A stretch of DNA of 64,000 bases from an uncultured virus (IMG/VR IMGVR_UViG_3300029945_000007). Its lineage: Duplodnaviria > Heunggongvirae > Uroviricota > Caudoviricetes. The stretch lies in the IMG/VR virus record IMGVR_UViG_3300029945_000007; one strand, 5' to 3'. Numbering within the stretch: position 1 is the first letter of the stretch; the number at the start of each line of letters is the position of its first letter. Positions 57,906 to 64,000 of this stretch are shown piece after piece. The notes beneath the pieces were generated by a model that saw nothing but the letters and a program-made list of their open reading frames with translations, did not search any database and was not told the origin of the DNA. Position numbers and translations under genes: made by a program.

Positions 57906-58244
57906 TTATTTTGTTTTGGCGGCGAGAATGGCGCGCCAGAGCTTTATAACCTCTTCGTCGCCACGCGCTACCAACTTGTCGGCAAGGTCTTCAATTGACT
58001 CGGCAGAAATGTAGGCGCCAGCCGGATCAACCAGGTTATCGCGCGGGCCTTTGCCCGTCTCTAGGTACACTGGATTCATCTTGAACGCTCTCGCAAGTTG
58101 CAAGAGTTTTGTTGTACCACGATTGGGATCGTTCTCAAGTTCAGAGATGAGGGTTTTGCTGACATTAGCACGCCTGGCCAACTCCTCTAGAGTCCAACCA
58201 CGACGCATGCGTTCTTCTTTAATGCGGATACCGAGCGAATTCAT
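57906..58244 (-). CDS. XRE-family HTH regulator (HTH-B)
   Basis: RGWTLEELARRANVSKTLISELE. Confidence 0.88.
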   Translation of the reverse strand: MNSLGIRIKEERMRRGWTLEELARRANVSKTLISELENDPNRGTTKLLQLARAFKMNPVYLETGKGPRDNLVDPAGAYISAESIEDLADKLVARGDEEVIKLWRAILAAKTK

Positions 58245-58388
58245 CCGCACATAATGTGGTACGCCTCGTTCTGAAAGCGGGATTTATTGGCATGAAATCA
58301 GGAATTATTGTTCTGGATACAGATTGATTGTCACCGACATTCGATGCAATAAAGCCCGCGATTGCGGGCTAAAGGTATTCTGTGCAGG

Positions 58389-58667
58389 CTACCGCTTTAT
58401 GTCTCGGTAGAAATTCTCATGAGACCCAACGGCCTCCAGGTAAACCAATCGAATGGAGTCGTCGCGCGTATAACCCAACAGCCAGAGTTGGCCTTGACTG
58501 CGAAATTTGTAGACCCACAGGGAGGCTAGATCCCCTTTTTTTCGTTCGCCAATATCCGGGTCTGTGCAAACAGCCTCTACAGCGCCGTCTACGTCAGCCG
58601 CGATGTTGTCCTGCAGCTTTTTATATTGGCGCCCAAACCGCTTGGTCTGTCTCGCTTCGTACTTCAT
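58389..58667 (-). CDS. RelE/ParE-family toxin
   Basis: GERKKGDLASLWVYKF...VGSHENFY. Confidence 0.88.
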   Translation of the reverse strand: MKYEARQTKRFGRQYKKLQDNIAADVDGAVEAVCTDPDIGERKKGDLASLWVYKFRSQGQLWLLGYTRDDSIRLVYLEAVGSHENFYRDIKR

Positions 58668-58894
58668 GAGGCTTTACGGCTTCTTGGCTCAAATGGCTGT
58701 GCTTGATCCCTTGGCTCAGCCATTGAGGCCATAGACTCAGCAATAAACGATACGGGTAGATCTGGATTGTCTAATGCGACCCGGCCAATCGTGGCCCAGA
58801 ATTCAATCTGCCCAGCAATTGAGCGGTGTTCAGCCGTCGCCTCAGCCCTGGCTTGCTCATAGAGATTTGCGTCAATCCGCACTGCGACACTCAT
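58664..58894 (-). CDS. ParD-like RHH antitoxin
   Basis: VRID...HRSIAGQIEFWATIGR...NPDLP; palindrome TTGCCTACATATGTAGGCAA upstream. Confidence 0.85.
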   Translation of the reverse strand: MSVAVRIDANLYEQARAEATAEHRSIAGQIEFWATIGRVALDNPDLPVSFIAESMASMAEPRDQAQPFEPRSRKAS

Positions 58895-59035
58895 TGCGTT
58901 CTCCTTGTTTGCCTACATATGTAGGCAATATAGAGCAATAAGGCATGGTTGACAATACAAAGCCCGCTGGCGCTGGCTAGTGGTAGGCGCCTAGCGGCGC
59001 AATCTAAAACACAAGGATGGCGATGACGCGGATAG

Positions 59036-59809
59036 TCACGTTAGGTCATCAAACACTTGCTTTAGGATGCTTGAGTGATACGAATTAACTTTACCGAACC
59101 GTTCATCAGGAACCTTCATGATTTGCATGTCTTGCTGGCGGGATAGCTGCGATGCCCTGGCGCCATATGTTTTGGCCATTGTCAGGTCAAGGCTAACGCC
59201 AAGAGTCGAAGAGAAGGCCATCACAGTGAAATAGTCAGAACGTCCGAATTTGTGCTGAAGCGCAGCTGATGCCGCCTCGAAAGCTTCGTCAGCCTTTTCG
59301 CTGAGGGCACGAATTTTTTGATTTGTTTCTACTAGGTGCTGGTCCGTCCGGTGCTGATGTTCGCGTAGCGCCTTGATTTGGTTTTCATGCTCGAGTATCA
59401 GGTTGGCCTGCTGCACCAGAAATTCTGCCGTGCTCATCGGCTTCTGGTTGTCGAAATAGCTATCTGACAGTTGCTCTTGAACTTCCCATGCAAAGTCATC
59501 CGTGAAGGATTTGACCAGCATTGAATATCCGCGCTCAGTAAGGACAGTCAGGCCGCGAGGAGGTACGTCAATTTCAAAAGAACGAAATTCGTTCTTTTGA
59601 GTATAATCAACAAGATAGAAGTGTTTTCCTTCTTCTAGCCTGTCTTTGTATGTTTGGAATGCCCTTTTGGCCGTTCCGTCAGGTCGGTGGTGGATGACGT
59701 CCATAATAGCCAGGGTAATAACCCGCTGCCCCCGATACTCGATGACCGGTATCGTCGTATCAACAATCTGCACTTTCTTCTGCGGCACGCCAGCCGGTAG
59801 GCTTCCCAA
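59036..59809 (-). CDS. ORF6N-domain antirepressor-like protein
   Basis: IEYRGQRVITL...EGKHFY...LTERGYSMLVKSF. Confidence 0.8.
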   Translation of the reverse strand: MGSLPAGVPQKKVQIVDTTIPVIEYRGQRVITLAIMDVIHHRPDGTAKRAFQTYKDRLEEGKHFYLVDYTQKNEFRSFEIDVPPRGLTVLTERGYSMLVKSFTDDFAWEVQEQLSDSYFDNQKPMSTAEFLVQQANLILEHENQIKALREHQHRTDQHLVETNQKIRALSEKADEAFEAASAALQHKFGRSDYFTVMAFSSTLGVSLDLTMAKTYGARASQLSRQQDMQIMKVPDERFGKVNSYHSSILKQVFDDLT

Positions 59810-59865
59810 TTTTATTCTCCCAAATTAACGACATAAGCCCGCAATTGCGAGCTTCTCAAATTTCC

Positions 59866-60249
59866 TCAATCGTCCAGCTTGTCTTGATCTTTCAACTTCA
59901 TCGCCATTTGCACGATTTCTAGCATTCGCTGCGCGTCATAAGCTGAAAGCTTCGTGGCAAGTTCCTCGGGAGACGATGCCTCAATGTTTATGGACGGAAA
60001 TGTATCGGACTTATCTTCCCGCATAGGCCCTTTGTTTAGCGCAAGCCAATCTGACCTCACCTTTAGCGCCGCAGATGCACGTACCAAATTATCACCATCA
60101 ATGCCAGCAGTTGGATTGTTCATCCATTTATAAACCGCGGTTCTTGATAGTTTAATTTGCACTGCCAGCCAATTCGGCGTGTGCCTTTTACCTGTTGATT
60201 CAGTCAGGTCATCTAGCGCCTTCTGAATACGTTGTCCGAGAGTGTTCAT
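59866..60249 (-). CDS. CI-position repressor; HTH plus short C-terminal domain, no S24 peptidase
   Basis: LSRTAVYKW...WLALNKGPM; C-terminus nearly identical to 2142-2498. Confidence 0.82.
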   Translation of the reverse strand: MNTLGQRIQKALDDLTESTGKRHTPNWLAVQIKLSRTAVYKWMNNPTAGIDGDNLVRASAALKVRSDWLALNKGPMREDKSDTFPSINIEASSPEELATKLSAYDAQRMLEIVQMAMKLKDQDKLDD

Positions 60250-60286
60250 GTCAACCAAGGTTAGCGGATATTTTGTGAACCTAGGA

Positions 60287-60315
60287 TTGCATTTAATGCA
60301 AACTGTAGTTATCAT
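60287..60315 (+). promoter_or_regulatory. pR promoter of prophage B
   Basis: TTGCAT-17 nt-TATCAT; AACCAAGGTT and AACTGTAGTT operator-like sites nearby. Confidence 0.65.
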
Positions 60316-60321
60316 CATGAA

Positions 60322-60525
60322 ATGAAAAGAGAAACCGTCATGAAATATTTTGGCGGGGGCCGAGGGACCAAAAGCCGCGTAGCTCGTGTCCTTGGGGTGT
60401 CCTCCGCTGCCGTATCCAAGTGGTCTGAAGAGATCCCGGATGGAAGTGCATACAATTTATGCCGCGATTTTCCTGAGCTTTATAAGCTCGATCAGACTGA
60501 CCATGACAGTAGGAAGAAGGTTTGA
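60322..60525 (+). CDS. Cro-like regulator
   Basis: VARVLGVSSAAVSKWSEEIP. Confidence 0.85.
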   Translation: MKRETVMKYFGGGRGTKSRVARVLGVSSAAVSKWSEEIPDGSAYNLCRDFPELYKLDQTDHDSRKKV

Positions 60526-60850
60526 AGGTTGGGAGCCGCAGGGCGGGGAAGCTAAGCGGCTCCCGAGAGGCATGAGCAAGGGCGTAGCTCACAACCGAAG
60601 AGTATGTGAGCAGAAAACTTAAGTCCACATACATGTGCATCAGGTGTGTAGGTCTTACGCAATAGGGGTTTCAGATGGCAGATATAAGGGATCAAAGGGT
60701 TCAGGTGCTTCTCAACGCCGAGGAATACATCGCCCTCCAATCGCTCACTGGTAACGGTGACGATATTAGTCACTCCGCGTTCTTCCGTAATTACCTGAAA
60801 GAGAAGGTGCGTGAAGAGTTGCGTAAGCAGCAAGAGCAGCGGGCGGCCGC

Positions 60851-61108
60851 ATGACTAAGCCGTGCGTTTCTGAAACTAGATTAGTACCGGCACCAGATGG
60901 CTCGCATCGATTAGTGATTGATCTGAGCCATCTAGCCGATGCGTATTTCCTGCCCGTTTCAGACGCAGAAGGGCGCCCACTTTGCACCATCCAATTTGAG
61001 CGGGTCGCTTCACAGAATGCCCACTGCTTAATGGTGGCTAAGCGCGTGACTCTACCCGGTGCCGAGCAGGTTGCACCGGTTGATATAGACAGGGAGGTGG
61101 CGGCGTGA
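60851..61108 (+). CDS. Hypothetical phage protein
   Basis: Ends ...EVAA; stop overlaps the next start. Confidence 0.5.
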   Translation: MTKPCVSETRLVPAPDGSHRLVIDLSHLADAYFLPVSDAEGRPLCTIQFERVASQNAHCLMVAKRVTLPGAEQVAPVDIDREVAA

Positions 61109-61353
61109 CTGGTCAACAAAAAGCCCCGCAAGAGCAGGGCGGATTTAAGCCTTACACGGTGAAAATTTCAATTGACCGCGACGCCCTGATTTCGGGTATT
61201 CGGGCCGCTCTCATTGCGGCTGTAAAGGTTGAAAGCGCTGCCCGTCCCGAAGATTTGGAAGATCGGTATGCAGTTAGTCAGGTTGGGATCTTGGAAAGAG
61301 TGTCGAGAGAATCTCCTGTACTCGATCCAGGCTCAGCAGGTGAACCTCTTTAA
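61105..61353 (+). CDS. Hypothetical phage protein
   Basis: GGAGG RBS, GTG start. Confidence 0.45.
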   Translation: MTGQQKAPQEQGGFKPYTVKISIDRDALISGIRAALIAAVKVESAARPEDLEDRYAVSQVGILERVSRESPVLDPGSAGEPL

Positions 61354-61665
61354 GGGTCGGCTCTTTCCCAGGCTTTACGTCAACGGAAAACGTAATTTTT
61401 TCACCGCCGGAAAGTTCAATAACCCGGTTAACTCGAATGGCGGTCCCACTAAGGTTGATGTCGTACTCAAGGGTGCGAACAGATAGTTCATTGACTTTCA
61501 TGACGTTCCAATCGGCGCTGTTTGTGGTTAGAGACAACAGCATAAACCTGATTGGGGCGTCACCCAACAACGGCAGAGTCTGCGGCCAAGAACGACAGAC
61601 AGCAAAAAGCCCCGGTCATAGACCTTGCCGGGTCTCGCGGGGCTTAAAACCTACTGAGGGTGATT

Positions 61666-62346
61666 ATGCAAAACACACCACTGATAGTCAATAACAACCT
61701 AACAATGAGCAGTCGCGAAATCGCTGAATTGTGCGAAGCGAGGCACAACGATGTGGTTGCAACCATTAATAGGTTGTTTGAAAAAGGACTTTTACGATCA
61801 AGTCGTAAAACTCGCCAAGAGGCCACTGGCGGCCGTCCCGTTGATGTTTATGACCTAACTGAACGTGATTCATACTTGGTTGTTGCTGGATACAGCGACG
61901 AAGTCCGCGCACGGATTATTGACCGCTGGCAAGAACTAGAACAGCAAGCGCAATTCAGTATTCCTAAAACTTTTGCTCAAGCGTTGATGTTGGCGGCCAA
62001 TCAAGCCGAACAGATCGAACAACAACACGCCGTAATTGAACAGCAACGGCCTGCCGTTGAGTTTGTTGACCACTATGTATCAAGTACCGGCAATCGCGGG
62101 TTCCGTGAAGTCTGCAAGCTCCTAAACGCCAACGAATCCGAGTTTCGTGAATTTCTCATTGAGAACGGGATTATGTATCGCCTTGGCGGGGCATTAACCC
62201 CAATGGCCCAACACATGAATACCGGTCGATTTGTAGTAAAGGCCGGCGCATCAGATGGCGGTCATGCATTCAATCAAGCCAAGTTCACCCCAAAGGGTAT
62301 TCAGTGGGTGGCAGGCATGTGGATTGCAAGAAAGGTCGCAGCATGA
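61666..62346 (+). CDS. Rha-N / KilAC (ANT) antirepressor
   Basis: MSSREIAEL...IIDRWQELE...FTPKGIQW. Confidence 0.88.
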   Translation: MQNTPLIVNNNLTMSSREIAELCEARHNDVVATINRLFEKGLLRSSRKTRQEATGGRPVDVYDLTERDSYLVVAGYSDEVRARIIDRWQELEQQAQFSIPKTFAQALMLAANQAEQIEQQHAVIEQQRPAVEFVDHYVSSTGNRGFREVCKLLNANESEFREFLIENGIMYRLGGALTPMAQHMNTGRFVVKAGASDGGHAFNQAKFTPKGIQWVAGMWIARKVAA

Positions 62347-63074
62347 GTTTCGAGGCACTCGCATGGGCATGGAAGCAAAAGACCGGAAGCTCAGGGCGCA
62401 AGGCAACTCTATCCGCTCTTGCTCAATTTGCTGATGAACACGGCCACTGTTTTCCATCGCAAGCCCACATAGCAGAATACACAGAACAGTCAGAACGTAC
62501 CGTGCGTGAGCACCTGGCCTTCCTAGAGAAAAATGGGTTTATTAGCAGAGTAGGGCGCGCCCGCCAAGATGGTACAAAAACCACTGATTTTGTTTCGTTA
62601 AACCTCTCTAAGCCACCGGCAGGATTCGCCACTGGATACAAAGCAAAAAACCAGCGGAAAATTTCGCCACCGGCAGAATTCGCCACCGGCGAAAAACCGC
62701 AGAACCCACCGGCGAAAATTGCCGCACAAGAACCTGTCACTAACCCCTCTGATCCTGTAATTAAAAAACATAACGCACCGGGAAAGCCGGTACGCACTGA
62801 TTTTCTGGCTGTCTTGCTTGCTGACGGGGTTGCTGAACAAGTTGCAAAAGACTTTTTGTCTATCCGCAAAGCAAAGCGCGCACCACTGACGCAGACCGCC
62901 TTGGACGCAATCGCCAGAGAGGCCAGTAAGGCAAACCTAACACTGGCAGATGCAATCCAGATTTGCACTGAACGCAGTTGGCAGGGGTTCAATGCATCAT
63001 GGCTAATGGCCAAGTCAGTTGGCAGCGAAAGCACCCAGCAACGCGACTATGGCCAAAGTGGGAGGCTGCAATGA
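62343..63074 (+). CDS. Phage replication initiator (HTH type)
   Basis: LAQFADEHGHCFPSQAHIAE...SERTV; WQGFNASW; internal repeats. Confidence 0.85.
   Translation: MSFEALAWAWKQKTGSSGRKATLSALAQFADEHGHCFPSQAHIAEYTEQSERTVREHLAFLEKNGFISRVGRARQDGTKTTDFVSLNLSKPPAGFATGYKAKNQRKISPPAEFATGEKPQNPPAKIAAQEPVTNPSDPVIKKHNAPGKPVRTDFLAVLLADGVAEQVAKDFLSIRKAKRAPLTQTALDAIAREASKANLTLADAIQICTERSWQGFNASWLMAKSVGSESTQQRDYGQSGRLQ
62613..62724 (+). repeat. Origin iteron-like CCACCGGC repeats
   Basis: Four exact and further degenerate copies inside the initiator gene. Confidence 0.7.
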
Positions 63075-63880
63075 ACGACCATCTCCAATCGGTTGGCGCT
63101 ATTGCCGCCGCCATCATTCCGGCTCAGCCAGAAGAACGCCAAGATACATGCGAGCGCCATGGCGAATTCACTTCACGCAATCCGCTTGGGCGAGTCTGGA
63201 CCAAGTGCCCTACATGCGCTGCAGAGGCCCGCAAGCAGTCAGAAGCCGAACAGATAGCAAAGGATGCTGCAGAAGCGGCTGAGCGTCATAAGTCTGCATG
63301 GCTGCATGCCTTGGGCAGTTCAGGCATTCCGTTGCGCTTCCAGTCCTGCAGCCTCAAAAATTACCGCGTCGAGTGTGATGGGCAGCGCGATGTGTTGGAA
63401 TTTGCAGTTGCCTATGCTGACGAGTTTAAAGGCGAGCACTCCGGGCGCGGCGCGATCTTCCTCGGCAACTACGGCACCGGCAAGACGCACCTTTCGTGCG
63501 GCATCGCTCTGCGGATCATGCATCGCTACAACCGGACGGCCATCTTCACGACCGTGGATACCATGGCTCGCACTATCCGCGAATCGAAATCTTTTAGCGG
63601 GAAAATCAACGAGTCACAGGCAATCGCCTTATATACCTTCCCTGATCTGTTGATTTTGGATGAGGTAGGGATTCAGTCTGGAACCGATACAGAACATCGG
63701 TCACTTTTCGCTGTGGTAAATGGCCGGTATGAAAACCGCAAGCCAACCATCCTTCTATCAAATCTCACGCTAGACGAAATCAAGATTGCTATTGGTGATC
63801 GCCTATACAGCCGCCTGAAAGAAGACGGTTGCGAGGTCAAGGTATTCGACTGGCAGGACGCGCGCGGGGTGGCCGCATGA
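63071..63880 (+). CDS. DnaC/IstB-like ATPase (helicase loader)
   Basis: GNYGTGKTHL, LLILDEVG, RYENRKPTILLSN. Confidence 0.92.
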   Translation: MNDHLQSVGAIAAAIIPAQPEERQDTCERHGEFTSRNPLGRVWTKCPTCAAEARKQSEAEQIAKDAAEAAERHKSAWLHALGSSGIPLRFQSCSLKNYRVECDGQRDVLEFAVAYADEFKGEHSGRGAIFLGNYGTGKTHLSCGIALRIMHRYNRTAIFTTVDTMARTIRESKSFSGKINESQAIALYTFPDLLILDEVGIQSGTDTEHRSLFAVVNGRYENRKPTILLSNLTLDEIKIAIGDRLYSRLKEDGCEVKVFDWQDARGVAA

Positions 63881-64000
63881 GCAAAAAACAACCAATCCGC
63901 ATGGCGGTACGCGAACTATCTGACCCGAAGACAGGTGAAATGGTTGGGGCAATGGTCCCAGCTACAAAGCAGGATCGCGATGAACTACGTCGTCGCCAGA
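63877..64000 (+). CDS. Truncated hypothetical phage protein
   Basis: ATG overlaps the upstream stop; open to the window end. Confidence 0.55.
   Translation, partial: MSKKQPIRMAVRELSDPKTGEMVGAMVPATKQDRDELRRRQ

Larger units (their letters stand above)
40953..64000. mobile_element. Prophage B (integrase to replication region; continues beyond the window)
   Basis: int/xis, early-left operon, immunity, cro, antirepressor and replication genes. Confidence 0.93.

Noticed and set aside
60552..60833. Minus-strand moron gene downstream of cro
   Set aside because: No clear start/RBS or motif; I could not support it, nor identify a CII-like gene for prophage B.
1..64000. Tandem duplication of one phage or circular-assembly overlap
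   Set aside because: Identity is limited to short blocks; repressors, cro, operators and replication genes differ.

Overview
The whole window is phage DNA: two related but different lambdoid-organised prophages in tandem. The host is probably a betaproteobacterium (inference from the RdgC sequence and CTGT-N8-ACAG boxes). Prophage A (<1 to ~40.9 kb) runs from its pL leader through immunity, replication (O-like/DnaB), nin/Q, a tRNA-Thr(UGU), contractile-tail morphogenesis and lysis genes to a ParA/RHH/WGR/PLD accessory block and an IS3 element. The junction (~40.9 kb) is the 3' half of a tRNA-Thr(UGU) with integrase arm-type repeats on both sides, i.e. a hybrid attP. Prophage B (~41 kb to >64 kb) shows integrase, a long early-left operon, immunity region and replication genes. 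The standout is a complete diversity-generating retroelement in B's early-left operon (RT, TR, Avd). Its two adjacent targets are non-structural DUF1566/C-type-lectin genes with adenine-specific changes versus the TR. A third target ~6 kb away has the same VR layout and hairpin but needs a different template. Also notable: a triple-HTH immunity cassette without a peptidase domain but with a LexA-like box and a hidden ~53-aa ORF, conserved in both phages; a 52-bp mini-IS; covarying RNA hairpins; and a centromere-like 8-bp array. Family names come from motif recognition by eye, not database searches.
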